This document shows positions 1-9,475 of a stretch of 64,000 nt of DNA, piece after piece. Positions within the stretch are counted from its first letter, which is position 1; every line of letters starts with the position of its first letter. The notes beneath the pieces were generated by a model. That model saw nothing but the letters and a program-made list of their open reading frames with translations, was not told the origin of the DNA and did no database searches. This stretch comes from Pseudomonadota bacterium (GTDB lineage: Bacteria; Pseudomonadota; Alphaproteobacteria; Rhizobiales; Hyphomicrobiaceae), in NCBI GenBank assembly GCA_038523925.1, contig JBCBIY010000005.1, positions 27,716 to 91,715 of the forward strand, given 5' to 3'. The translations under genes were made by a program, and so were the position numbers.

Positions 1-1
1 C

Positions 2-421
2 TTCCACGATGCCGAGCCGCACGCGTTCTGGCCCTGGTATGCCAAGTTCTTCCGCGAGTATTTTACCGGCCGCGAAGTTTTCTACATCGCGGTCGTCGTC
101 TGGACCTACGTGCTCGTGTTCGGCGCGTCGTTCGCCAACATCCTGACGTTTTGGGCATTGCCGGCGCTGGTCTCGTCCGTGCAACTTTTCACGTTTGGAA
201 CCTACCTGCCGCACAAGCCTGACGCTCCAGCGTTCGCTGACCGCCACCGGTCGCGCTCGAACGACTATCCGTGGCTGGTCTCGCTGCTGACGTGCTTTCA
301 CTTCGGCTATCACCACGAACATCACGACCGGCCGGACGTGCCGTGGTGGCGGCTGCCGGACGCACGCGCGGATGCCCGGACCAGCGGGCAAGAGCAGGCC
401 GGACTGGTGACGGGCGCTTAA
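2..421 (+). CDS. crtW: carotenoid 4-ketolase (CrtW type), 3' partial; N-terminus outside window
   Basis: Frame 2 is open from the window edge (FHDAEPHAFWPWYAKFF...) to the TAA at 419-421. The C-terminus FGTYLPHKP...LLTCFHFGYHHEHHDRPDVPWWRLP matches the last His box and tail of CrtW-type ketolases. Confidence 0.85.
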   Translation, partial: FHDAEPHAFWPWYAKFFREYFTGREVFYIAVVVWTYVLVFGASFANILTFWALPALVSSVQLFTFGTYLPHKPDAPAFADRHRSRSNDYPWLVSLLTCFHFGYHHEHHDRPDVPWWRLPDARADARTSGQEQAGLVTGA

Positions 422-445
422 AGCGCCGATCCGGGTTGCATCGCT

Positions 446-1435
446 TTAACTAGCGGCTGCCTGCGTGGTGACGAGGCCGATGCTCTGGCGCGACGGTGAT
501 CCGAGGTCGTCGGCGGTCCAGAGACCGCGGCGAATCTCTGCGTCCGCGTTCGACGGCCGCATGATCTTGTGCTGGAGAACCTTCAACCCGCCGCCTGCAA
601 CGCCCAACAGCTTGCGCTGCTTCGAGACGACGGCGCGTTCGTCCCAGGCCTGCGGCCCGCGGGCGCGAATGACGTTGCCGATGTCGCGATAAACATTGCG
701 GGCAGCCGCAATGGCCCAGCCGGCGCGCATTGGCAGATCGGCGATCCCATGTTCGGCGCTCTCGTAATAGCGGTCGGCAACATCGAGCAGGCGTTCGGTG
801 ACGCCGAAAACGTCGGCCCGGTGGCGCACGTCGCCAACTTCGGAGATCGGGACGCCAGCCTCGACCAGCCAGTCTTCCGGCAGGTAGACGCGTCCGACGG
901 CGGCATCGCCGATCACGTCTCGCGCGATGTTCGTGAGCTGGAATGCGATGCCGAGGTCGGAGGCCCGGTTGAGCGTCTCGCGCTCGCGGACACCCATGAC
1001 GTAGGCCATCATCACACCAACGACGCCGGCGACGTGGTAGCTGTAGGTCAGTGTGTCATCGAGGGTGAGGAACGGTCGGCGTTCAACGTCGATGCGAAAC
1101 CCGTCGATCAGCTCAAGCGGATGCCGCTCCGGGATCTCGTGTTTTTGCGTCACCCGCGCAAGCGCCTCAAACACCGGCTCATCAGACCGGCCGGCCATCG
1201 CCTCGCGCGTCTGCCGGTCGATGCGGTACAGGCGTTCCGGCATTGCTGGCTCGGCTGCGGAGGCTGCCGGAAAGCCCAGCTCCTGACCGTCGATAACGTC
1301 GTCGCAATAGCGGCACCACGCATAGAGCATGTAGGCCGACGCGCGGGTATCGGGATCAAACAGGCGCGCGGCACCCGCGAAACTCTTGGAGCCGATCTCA
1401 ATCCGCTCACGGCTCAGCGCAACAATCGGGTCCAT
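446..1435 (-). CDS. crtB: phytoene synthase
   Basis: 329-aa ORF with squalene/phytoene synthase motifs YMLYAWCRYCDDVIDG and GIAFQLTNIARDV. It starts 3 nt after the crtY stop. Confidence 0.9.
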   Translation of the reverse strand: MDPIVALSRERIEIGSKSFAGAARLFDPDTRASAYMLYAWCRYCDDVIDGQELGFPAASAAEPAMPERLYRIDRQTREAMAGRSDEPVFEALARVTQKHEIPERHPLELIDGFRIDVERRPFLTLDDTLTYSYHVAGVVGVMMAYVMGVRERETLNRASDLGIAFQLTNIARDVIGDAAVGRVYLPEDWLVEAGVPISEVGDVRHRADVFGVTERLLDVADRYYESAEHGIADLPMRAGWAIAAARNVYRDIGNVIRARGPQAWDERAVVSKQRKLLGVAGGGLKVLQHKIMRPSNADAEIRRGLWTADDLGSPSRQSIGLVTTQAAAS

Positions 1436-1438
1436 CCC

Positions 1439-2635
1439 TCAGCCAAGCTCCGGCGTGAGGTGGCGGCGCGCCGCAACGAAGTCCCAGGCGCGTTCGGGCG
1501 CAATCACGCCGAGGCCGCGCACGATCGGGATCGGCGGCTTGCCTGACAGGATGCGGCCCTTGTCGTAGAGCGTACTGCGTCCGGCATAGAACCGTTCGAT
1601 CAACGGCCGGCGCAGGCGATAAAACCGCGCCATCACCGCGACGCGCTCATCGGGCCGGGCGCCCACAAACAACAGCCGGTTGATGAGCCGGTAGAACGCC
1701 TGATCCGCCCAGGTCTTGCGCGAGACGCGCTCGACGAGGTGGGCGATCGCCGGCGAGGTGAGCGTGCGTTCGCGCGCGATCAGATCGGCGAGACGCACGG
1801 CGCTTGGCAGGCTGTAGCCGGTGGTTGCGTGGAACAGCCAGGCACGGAGGCCGGCGCGCGGGATCTCGTTTCCGAGCATCTTCCAGTGCGCGTCGATGTC
1901 GCCTGCGAGCGTGATCGGCAGGACGCCGCGCTCGGTCCGAACGACCTTGTCGATCTCCCAGCCCTTCATCGCGATGTAGTCTCGCGTCCGCTGCTCAAGA
2001 ACCGGCACTGAAAGCGTCGGCTCTTCGCTGTAGTAGGTGTCTTCGACCAGCAGCCGCGTCTCGCTCATCGGAAGCGTGTAGACGAAGCGGTAGCCATCAT
2101 GTTGCGCCACCGTCGCGTCCATGATGATCGGCGTGGTTTGGCCGTGCGGCCGCGCGGTCTCGATCTCAATTCCAAAAAACTTTTGATAGGCGAGGGCGAG
2201 CGGCTGCTTGTTGAGCGCACCGCGGGCGTCGATGACAAGCGGGGCCGTGAGCGTTCGCCCGTCTTCCAGGGTGACCGTTGTCGGCGTGACGTCTGCTGCG
2301 GCAACCTCGCAGAGCGCATCGACGCTCGGTAGGGCCAACACCGCGTCGGCGAGAACGGTCGATTCCATCGAGCGGTAGCCGGTCAAAAGCTGGCGTTCCG
2401 GCTGGCCTGGAAACCGGACGATCTGGTCATCCCAGGTGTAGCTTACGAGCGGCTTCAGCCAGCGCGCTTCGGACGGCGACACGTCGGTTTCGTGAAACGA
2501 CCATGTGTGATTGCCGCCGAGCACGTCGCCGCGCTCGACAATTGCAACGCGCGTTTCGGGCCGTAACGCTGCGAGCCGTAGCGCGATCAGCTGGCTCGCA
2601 AGCCCCCCGCCGACGAGAATGCAATCGTATGTCAA
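1439..2635 (-). CDS. crtY: lycopene beta-cyclase
   Basis: 398-aa ORF with an N-terminal dinucleotide-binding fold (DCILVGGGLASQLIALRL). Its length and its context next to crtB are typical of CrtY. Confidence 0.8.
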   Translation of the reverse strand: MTYDCILVGGGLASQLIALRLAALRPETRVAIVERGDVLGGNHTWSFHETDVSPSEARWLKPLVSYTWDDQIVRFPGQPERQLLTGYRSMESTVLADAVLALPSVDALCEVAAADVTPTTVTLEDGRTLTAPLVIDARGALNKQPLALAYQKFFGIEIETARPHGQTTPIIMDATVAQHDGYRFVYTLPMSETRLLVEDTYYSEEPTLSVPVLEQRTRDYIAMKGWEIDKVVRTERGVLPITLAGDIDAHWKMLGNEIPRAGLRAWLFHATTGYSLPSAVRLADLIARERTLTSPAIAHLVERVSRKTWADQAFYRLINRLLFVGARPDERVAVMARFYRLRRPLIERFYAGRSTLYDKGRILSGKPPIPIVRGLGVIAPERAWDFVAARRHLTPELG

Positions 2636-2801
2636 AGGCGCGCGCCCCGGATTTCCTCGCCGCGCAGGCGGACACTCAGAGGAATGTCGCTGTCGCGGCC
2701 ACGCTTCTCATAACGGTTCAGCGCTCAAAGTCGATCCCTCACACCCCCGAGAGCCACAGCCGCCGGGTCCGAAAAACATCAGAATTCAGGCGCTTCAGAG
2801 G

Positions 2802-3899
2802 TCAGCCGGACTGAGGTTCAAAGGCCGTGATCGGCGGGACCGGCGTCCAGACGACATCGTTAACGCCGCGCGCGCCGGTCGCGAGCATGACAAGCCGGTC
2901 AAATCCAAGCGCACATCCGACGGCTGGCGGCATTTCGGCCACCGCCGCCAGAAAATCGGGATCGATCGGATACCGCTCGCCATACCGGCGCGCTTTCTCG
3001 TCCATGTCGGCTGAAAAGCGGCGGGCCTGCTCTTCCGGATCGGTGAGTTCGTTGTAGCCGTTGGCGAGTTCGACGCCGGCGACGTACAGCTCGAACCGGT
3101 CCGCAAAGCGCGGGTCGTCGGCTGAGACGGTCGCGAGCGCGGCTTCTGAGGTTGGATATCGGTAGAGCAGCGTCGGCCGGCCGTTGCCGAGTTCGGGTTC
3201 GATGCGTTCGGTCAGCACGCGGGAGAAGAGGTCGGACCAGGTGTCGTCGGCGGCATGGCGCACGTCAATGCGATCCAATGCTTCGCGGAAGGCGTCTCGG
3301 TCGCGGTCAGCGTCGCCGGTGAGCATCGGCTCAAGCGCGAACCCGGCGTAGCGGGCGAACGCGTCAGCGACGGCCAAACGTTCCGGTTCAGCGCCCATAT
3401 CGCAGCTTCGCCCCGCGAAGGTTGCGCGCGCCAGGCCGGTCACATCAAACGCCGCGTTCAAGACGGCGATCGTGTCGTCGAACAATTGGCCTTCAAACGT
3501 CCCGCCCGCCCGATACCACTCGAGCATCGTGAACTCCGGCGCGTGCAGGGCCGTCCGCTCGCCGTTCCGAAACGCGGGCGCGAACGTGAAGATCTTCTCC
3601 TCGCCGGCCGCCAGCAGCTTCTTGCAGGCAAACTCCGGCGAGGTGTGCAGGTAGGCGTTCGCCGGAGCGGCACCGGGCTCATGCAGCGTCGTGCGGAAGG
3701 CATGAAGGTGGGTCTCGTTGCTCGGAGAGACCTGCAGGCTGGCGGTTTCGACCTCGATGAAGCCCTCAGCCGCGAAGTAAGCGCGGATCGCTGACTTGAT
3801 CCGGTTCCGGGCGAGTAGCAAGGGCCGGCGATCGCTATGCTTGGTGCGGTCCCACCAGGGTGTTTGAGCCGGCGCGGACATCAGGGCCGCCGACGCCAC
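2802..3899 (-). CDS. epmA: EF-P-(R)-beta-lysine ligase (truncated class II LysRS paralogue, PoxA/GenX)
   Basis: 365-aa ORF with a class II aaRS catalytic-core-like sequence ([32 protein letters not shown]) and no anticodon-binding domain. It is divergent from efp. An alternative start is M7 at 3881. Confidence 0.8.
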   Translation of the reverse strand: MASAALMSAPAQTPWWDRTKHSDRRPLLLARNRIKSAIRAYFAAEGFIEVETASLQVSPSNETHLHAFRTTLHEPGAAPANAYLHTSPEFACKKLLAAGEEKIFTFAPAFRNGERTALHAPEFTMLEWYRAGGTFEGQLFDDTIAVLNAAFDVTGLARATFAGRSCDMGAEPERLAVADAFARYAGFALEPMLTGDADRDRDAFREALDRIDVRHAADDTWSDLFSRVLTERIEPELGNGRPTLLYRYPTSEAALATVSADDPRFADRFELYVAGVELANGYNELTDPEEQARRFSADMDEKARRYGERYPIDPDFLAAVAEMPPAVGCALGFDRLVMLATGARGVNDVVWTPVPPITAFEPQSG

Positions 3900-3998
3900 T
3901 CGGAGAACCTGCTTTGGTTGAACCGGCCATCACCTGTCAGTACAAGGCCTCCAACACGCAGGGTCAGCGCGCCCGCCCGAACCCGCAAGGAGTCCTCA

Positions 3999-4568
3999 TT
4001 GGTCAAGGTCATCGCCAGCTCGATCCGCAAGGGCAACGTTCTCGATCTCGACGGCAAGCTGTGCGTCGTCCTCAAGGCTGAAAACATCCATCCGGGTAAA
4101 GGCACTCCGGTGACCCACCTCGAGATGCGCCGCATCGCAGACGGCATCAAGGTGTCCGAGCGCTATCGCACGACGGAGCAGGTCGAGAAAGCGTTCATGG
4201 AAGAGCGCGACATGAACTATCTCTATGAGGACGATGCCGCTTACGTCTTCATGCATCCAGAAACGTTCGACCAGCTCGAAGTGCCAAAAGACATCCTCGG
4301 CGATCAGTCCGTCTACCTGCAGGAGAACATGTCCTGCATGCTGCTGCTGCACGAAGGCGTGCCGGTCTCAATTGAACTGCCGGCCCGGGTCACAGTCGAG
4401 ATCGTGGAGGCCGACCCGGTGGTGAAGGGCCAGACGGCATCGTCGTCCTATAAGCCTGCTGTGGCCGACAACGGCGTACGCGTCATGGTTCCGCCTTACA
4501 TTGAGGCTGGAACGCGCGTGGTGATATCGACAGCAGACGGTGAATTCGTAGAGCGCGCAAAGGATTAG
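3999..4568 (+). CDS. efp: elongation factor P
   Basis: TTG start at 3999 gives [21 protein letters not shown]..., a typical alphaproteobacterial EF-P N-terminus. AAGGAG lies at 3987-3992. The loop HPGKGTPV is present. The listed ORF start at 3837 is an upstream in-frame extension. Confidence 0.9.
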   Translation: MVKVIASSIRKGNVLDLDGKLCVVLKAENIHPGKGTPVTHLEMRRIADGIKVSERYRTTEQVEKAFMEERDMNYLYEDDAAYVFMHPETFDQLEVPKDILGDQSVYLQENMSCMLLLHEGVPVSIELPARVTVEIVEADPVVKGQTASSSYKPAVADNGVRVMVPPYIEAGTRVVISTADGEFVERAKD

Positions 4569-4594
4569 CGCGGCCAACATTGCAGAGGTGCGGG

Positions 4595-5305
4595 ATGCGG
4601 CGACTAATATTGACCTTGGGTTTGGCCGCATCGTTTGCGGCGCCGGCACTGGCTGAGAGCGCGGACGTCCGGATCGCAGGGACTGCGATCAAGCTGCCGG
4701 ATCGCAACCAGATGTGCGTCATCGATGAGACGACATCGAGCGCATCGCAGTACTTTTCGTCGATGGCGGCCGCGCAGTCGCGCATGCGCAACGTACTCAA
4801 GGTCATCTTCGTGCCCTGCGCCGAGAAGGCGATCGTCGAGGGTAAGCAAGCCGGCGTCTTGAGCCGCTGGACGATGGTCTTCTACAACGCGACCGCCCAC
4901 AAGACGCCGAAGCCGCATGCGGAATTCAGCACCGCGTTCTGCAACACCCTTCCAGGCGTCCTGAAAGATCAGGGCCAAGCAATTCAGAAGCGGCTCGACA
5001 GCATCGGGGATGAGATCCTCAATCGCGACATGTCGGTCGACTTCAAAAGTCCGTTCGTCTTGAAGGGAAACTGCGTGATCCCGATTGAGACGAAGGCTGC
5101 GCCGATCGTCTACGGGGCGGCCGCGACGATCGCGACGGCCGGCGTGTGGTTTGTCATTGCGAACTACACGACGAACAAAGAGCGCCAGCCTGAGATCATC
5201 AAGAACCTGATCGCCTACCTGGATCAGACACGCGATGCTAACGATGCAACGCCTTCCGGTGGCGGCAACGCGACCGGCGATGCGCAATCGGAAGCGGCGC
5301 AGTAG
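4595..5305 (+). CDS. hypothetical secreted protein
   Basis: The ORF has a signal-peptide-like N-terminus (MRRLILTLGLAASFAAPALAES) and no recognisable catalytic motif. The start was chosen at the second in-frame ATG, behind GAGGTG. Confidence 0.5.
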   Translation: MRRLILTLGLAASFAAPALAESADVRIAGTAIKLPDRNQMCVIDETTSSASQYFSSMAAAQSRMRNVLKVIFVPCAEKAIVEGKQAGVLSRWTMVFYNATAHKTPKPHAEFSTAFCNTLPGVLKDQGQAIQKRLDSIGDEILNRDMSVDFKSPFVLKGNCVIPIETKAAPIVYGAAATIATAGVWFVIANYTTNKERQPEIIKNLIAYLDQTRDANDATPSGGGNATGDAQSEAAQ

Positions 5306-5314
5306 CCGAGGCGG

Positions 5315-6295
5315 CTAGTTCGCGATCGAGGCGGGCTTCGTCGTCGTCGCGAACGAGCCGATTGGCTCATCCGGCCAAAGCTGTTTGATCACAGCCCGGC
5401 AGAGCGCTGCGCGGTGGGTCTTCACAAAGTCACGGGCCGCCGATGGTACCGGGTGATACGGGTCGCGCACCTTGCCTGACGGATGGCGGTAGAACCGCTT
5501 TGCCTTGCCCTGGAACGCTGCAACCGTCTCGCTCGTCAAACCGCGCACGAACGCACAGCGCTTGCCCGTCGCCTTCACCGCCGCCTCGATCTTCGGCTGC
5601 GCCTTAAGCCGCGGCCGGTTGATGTCGGCGCGGTAGCCGGGCGCAGTCGTCATGACGATGCATCCCGTCTTCGGCGGCAGAGTCGCGAGCACCTTCTTCA
5701 TGTCGCGCTCTGCGTTGCCGGGCTTCAGCCAGTGGTAAGCCGACAGCCCCATAAAGTGCAGGATCATCAGCTTCGGGCGGAAACGTTGCGTTGCCAACAG
5801 CGCAGCCATTGGCGACGTGCCGCGCTTGCAGAAATTATGATTGCGGCTCTCGCCAATCTGGACCCAGCGCGGGCCCGTGCGCGCCGCACCGAGCACGCGC
5901 GCATTGACGAGGCCGGTCGGGTCTTTGACGCAGACCATGCGCTTGCCCTTTGCCGTCGTCGAAAGCCAGTTTTGCAAGCCCGTTGCACGAACGCCGATAA
6001 TGCCGGTTGCCATGTTGGTCACAGCCGCGCGCTTGTCGGCCGGCAGCATCAAGCCGTCGCAGCGCTCCGCGAAGTTGTTGAAAAAAGACAGGAACGCCGG
6101 ACCGCCGCCAAACGACAACTGGCTGTCGCCAAGCATGAGGATTTCTGCCCGCGCGGGTGCCTTTGATTTCGCCAGCGCCGCACTCGGGCTGAAGGCGGAA
6201 ACGAGCGCGCCTGCCGCAACGATGGCAGCAATCGGGGCGCGTGCCGTTCGGGTTCCGAAAATCGATCTTGCACTCACAGGCATCTCCAATCGCAT
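5315..6295 (-). CDS. SGNH/GDSL-like hydrolase family protein, secreted
   Basis: Contains a block I-like LMLGDSQLSF and a block V-like DPYHP, with a hydrophobic signal-like segment before them. The start is uncertain (6295, 6283 or 6388). Confidence 0.5.
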   Translation of the reverse strand: MRLEMPVSARSIFGTRTARAPIAAIVAAGALVSAFSPSAALAKSKAPARAEILMLGDSQLSFGGGPAFLSFFNNFAERCDGLMLPADKRAAVTNMATGIIGVRATGLQNWLSTTAKGKRMVCVKDPTGLVNARVLGAARTGPRWVQIGESRNHNFCKRGTSPMAALLATQRFRPKLMILHFMGLSAYHWLKPGNAERDMKKVLATLPPKTGCIVMTTAPGYRADINRPRLKAQPKIEAAVKATGKRCAFVRGLTSETVAAFQGKAKRFYRHPSGKVRDPYHPVPSAARDFVKTHRAALCRAVIKQLWPDEPIGSFATTTKPASIAN

Positions 6296-6411
6296 GCGGG
6301 CAACCGTAGGCCTGGATTCGTTTCTGATCAGTAGGAGGTAACCGGAACAGATGGCCGAAGTTGCCGATTGGCGATAACGTCCGGTCACAAAACGATGAGG
6401 AGGGCGCCTGC

Positions 6412-7101
6412 ATGCTGAAAGATCCGCCAGTTCTGGAGATTAAGCGGACCTGGTCACGGCCCAACCTCGATCTGCTCACACGGTTCGATGGCGCGCAGTC
6501 GGGGCATCTGGTGGACGCGATGTCAGGGCGCGGCGGGCTTTCGGCTGCCATCAAACCGCTGCTGCCTGAGGCGGCCCACTTTATCGGGACCGCGCTTCCC
6601 GTCGCGACGGGGCCGAACGACAACCTTGCGATCCTGGCAGGCGTCGCGAAAGCAAGTCCTGGCGATGTGATTGTCGCTGCTTCCGATAGCTTTGAAGGCT
6701 CGGCTGTTTGCGGGGACATCGTTGCGATGCTGGCCAAGAACGCCGGATGCGCCGGCATCGTTATCGACGGCATGGCCCGCGATCTCATCGGCATCGAAGG
6801 TGTCGGCCTGCCAGTTTTTGCGCGCGGCGTAACGCCGAACTCTTGCGTCAAAAGCGGACCCGGGCGCGTCGGGTTCCCAATCGCGATTGGCGATGTGCCG
6901 GTTGCCCCTGGTGACATCGTGATGGGCGACCGCGACGGGGTGGTCATCGTCCCGCAGGCCCGCCTCGATGAAGTGATTGCATCGGTTGAAGCGATCCGAG
7001 CCGCCGAAAGCAAAGTCATCGCCGAAGTCGAGCAGGGCCTGACGGCGTTCGCGGCGATCGAGGAGCTGCTGAACTCGGACCGGGTGACCTACGTCGACTG
7101 A
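6412..7101 (+). CDS. RraA family protein (HMG/CHA aldolase-like)
   Basis: RraA-fold signatures GDIVAMLAKNAGCAGIVIDGMARD and GDIVMGDRDGVVIVP. ATG at 6412 is preceded by GAGGAG. Confidence 0.75.
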   Translation: MLKDPPVLEIKRTWSRPNLDLLTRFDGAQSGHLVDAMSGRGGLSAAIKPLLPEAAHFIGTALPVATGPNDNLAILAGVAKASPGDVIVAASDSFEGSAVCGDIVAMLAKNAGCAGIVIDGMARDLIGIEGVGLPVFARGVTPNSCVKSGPGRVGFPIAIGDVPVAPGDIVMGDRDGVVIVPQARLDEVIASVEAIRAAESKVIAEVEQGLTAFAAIEELLNSDRVTYVD

Positions 7102-8966
7102 TCAGGTGCGGTTGGCGGCAGAGCCGCGCCTAAGCCCGCGACGTCGGTGATGCGTCTCACCTCCACGGGGGCTGCAAACCCTTTGAGCGTCGCGCTCTCT
7201 GTGGTCGCCGCGGCGCCGGCCAACATGTCTGCGACGCCGGGAGCTGCACACATCGCATCCGAAATCACGATCTCGCCCGGGTCGGCATAGTCGCAGAGCC
7301 GCGCCGCGAGGTTGACCGCCGTTCCGTAGTAGTCGAGCTGCCGGTTGAGCGTGACGGCGATCGTCCGCCCGACATGAATGCCGGTCTTGCACTCGGTGCG
7401 TGGCGTATCATCGGGGAGCGCCGCGTTGTGCGCGGCAAACGCGATGTGGATCGCGCGGGCACAGCGAAGGGCCATCGCCGGCCGCACGAACGAGAGGTTG
7501 ACCGCGTCTCCAATCGTCTTGATGACCGCGCCTTCGTGAGCGCGCGCGGCAGCAGCAATCTCGGCGAAGAACTCGCGGACCAGACGGTAGGCCGCGGCGT
7601 CGCCTACGTCTTCGTAGAGCTGCGTTGACCCCTTGAGGTCCACGAACATGATCGTTGCCTGGTCGATGTTCAGATGATCGCCCGGGCGGAGCAGCGCATC
7701 GTCGAAGACGTCGCGGAACGACTGCATGGCCAGCACGCGATCGGCGGTCAGCGCGTTGCGGCTCCAGACCGGCCCGTCGAGAACGAGCGTGACGTCCCGC
7801 GGCCTGGTGTTCGAAATCGACAGCGTCGCGCCGTCGCCTGCCCCCGGAGCCATCGCTTCAGCCCGGATCATATCGGGGGTGACTGTGATGACCTGCGCGA
7901 CGGCCGCCCGCGGATCGAACTCACCCTCAGGGCCGGGCTCAAGCGTCCGCATGCGCAACCGCTTTGCAGGCAGCGTGGCACTCGCGATTGTGCGGGTTTC
8001 GCCCGGCGCGAGGGTCACCTGAGCGTAAACGTGCGGCGTCGTCATCGGGCCGTAAAGGCAGAACTCACCGTCCGGCAAGTCGCGCACCTGCCGGCTCGGG
8101 TAAAACGACAGCTCAACGTTTTTCGCAAAGTCGCGGCCGTAGGTGATGTTGCAGCTTCCGCAGTGGGCTTCGCGCGGCAGCTCATCGAGTGCGGCAACCG
8201 AGACCTTCGCGCCCTGGCACCTCGGGCAGAGCAGATCCCACGTCGTACCAAGCAGACCGGACCGGGCCGCCTCGAAGGCCGTGGCGATTGTTTCTGTCTC
8301 GTCGGTTTGCCAGACCTCCGCGAGCGCGAGCGGCCGGATGCGGCGGGCATCGACATCGCCTGTTTCGCGCAAGTGGCGGATGAGGCGGTCGCGCACGCCG
8401 TGTAAGTGACTAGCCTGCGAGGGCCAGGCCTGCCTCGCACGTTCAAACAACGTTGCCGCGTCAGGGCCGAGCGAAACTGGCGGCACTTCAAACGGGACGT
8501 TGGCCGCACCCGTCGCAAAGGCGTCGGCGTCGCGTGCGAGCTTCGTGAAGTTCGTCTTGGTTGCCGAGAAGAACGACAGGTACATCATCGCATGGCCAAA
8601 CCACGTGCGGGGTTCGGCGGTCAGCGTGTAGTCGCCGGCGCACCCGGTCTCGGTCGGCCAAAGCTCCAGGCGTGCGGTGAGTGACTTGAGCGGGCCTTTT
8701 GAGAACCGGCGGCCATGCTCAAACCAGGCGTTGTGCACCCAATTCGTCGGGATCTCTTCCCACGCAAGATCGATCCCGCCGACCTTTGCGCGCGCGTGGA
8801 ACGTGACGTGGCCGTCCGCGTCCGTGTCCTCGGTGATGGCATAGACCGGAAGCTTGGCGGCCTCGTTGAACCGTTCGGTGTCGGCAAGCGCCATCCACAC
8901 GCGCTCAAGCGGGCCCTCAAAGGTCCAGTGGAATGTCTCGCTGTAGGTCGCACCGACCCGCTGCAT
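7089..8966 (-). CDS. class III adenylate/guanylate cyclase with an N-terminal SRPBCC-like region and a Cys4 ribbon
   Basis: The C-terminal CHD has IMFVDLKGST...IKTIGDAV...KTGIHVGRTIAV. The middle region has CPRCQG...CGSC. The start was taken at MQRVGATYSE (8966); the listed ORF start at 9122 overlaps the upstream gene. Confidence 0.8.
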   Translation of the reverse strand: MQRVGATYSETFHWTFEGPLERVWMALADTERFNEAAKLPVYAITEDTDADGHVTFHARAKVGGIDLAWEEIPTNWVHNAWFEHGRRFSKGPLKSLTARLELWPTETGCAGDYTLTAEPRTWFGHAMMYLSFFSATKTNFTKLARDADAFATGAANVPFEVPPVSLGPDAATLFERARQAWPSQASHLHGVRDRLIRHLRETGDVDARRIRPLALAEVWQTDETETIATAFEAARSGLLGTTWDLLCPRCQGAKVSVAALDELPREAHCGSCNITYGRDFAKNVELSFYPSRQVRDLPDGEFCLYGPMTTPHVYAQVTLAPGETRTIASATLPAKRLRMRTLEPGPEGEFDPRAAVAQVITVTPDMIRAEAMAPGAGDGATLSISNTRPRDVTLVLDGPVWSRNALTADRVLAMQSFRDVFDDALLRPGDHLNIDQATIMFVDLKGSTQLYEDVGDAAAYRLVREFFAEIAAAARAHEGAVIKTIGDAVNLSFVRPAMALRCARAIHIAFAAHNAALPDDTPRTECKTGIHVGRTIAVTLNRQLDYYGTAVNLAARLCDYADPGEIVISDAMCAAPGVADMLAGAAATTESATLKGFAAPVEVRRITDVAGLGAALPPTAPDQST

Positions 8967-8986
8967 GGTTCCGGCTCTCAGGCTCT

Positions 8987-9370
8987 TCAGCCGGACGATC
9001 CTTGCACCGGCATGATCTCTCTGAGCCGTGCAAACGCGGTCTGCAAGACAATCTGCAGGATCGGATCGGCCTCGGCGACGCGCTGTTCGATTTCGTCGCG
9101 CGAGAGGGCAACGAGGATACACGCGGTCCGCGCCTGGGCCGTCGCCGAGCGGAGTTCGCGCGAGGCAAGCGCCATTTCGCCGATCAATTCACCGGGACCG
9201 CGAAACGCAATCGCTGCCTCCTGCCCGCGCGCATCGCGATGCAGAATTGCGACCTGGCCCTTGCGGATAATAAAGGCGTCATGGCCGGCCTCGCCCTGGC
9301 GGAAGATGTCTTCGCCGGCGCCGACGTTGATCGTGCTCATCGCCATGGCTGCGTCCTTGACCCCACACAT
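8987..9370 (-). CDS. stand-alone cyclic-nucleotide-binding domain protein
   Basis: 127 aa or fewer. It shows a CAP-effector beta-barrel pattern (FRQGEAGHDAFIIRKGQVAI) and a phosphate-binding cassette (GELIGEMALASRELRSAT). There is no HTH or other output domain. Alternative starts are at 9346 and 9340. Confidence 0.7.
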   Translation of the reverse strand: MCGVKDAAMAMSTINVGAGEDIFRQGEAGHDAFIIRKGQVAILHRDARGQEAAIAFRGPGELIGEMALASRELRSATAQARTACILVALSRDEIEQRVAEADPILQIVLQTAFARLREIMPVQGSSG

Positions 9371-9475
9371 GTCCGGCCTGCCGGACTACGGGCCGCAATT
9401 GTCGCTCTCAGCGGTTTAGATTTATTGAATGTTGACGAATGCCGCGGCCAACGGCGGCGGGAGGAGGCAAATCAC

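Noticed and set aside
421-446. A weak hairpin AAAGCG-N16-CGCTTT between the convergent crtW and crtB genes, as a possible bidirectional terminator.
   Set aside because: It has only a 6-bp stem with a 16-nt loop and no flanking T or A runs. The evidence is too weak to annotate.
8967-9122. N-terminal extension of the cyclase ORF, and analogous upstream extensions of many listed ORFs (3837, 8933, 11944, 17783, 31425-32828, 37942, 41045, 50992, 53763 and 56982).
   Set aside because: The extensions are Arg/Pro-rich, overlap neighbouring genes, and lack an RBS. Internal starts give canonical N-termini, and several of them (efp, the 6412 gene, the 9476 gene, ngg) have visible Shine-Dalgarno sequences.
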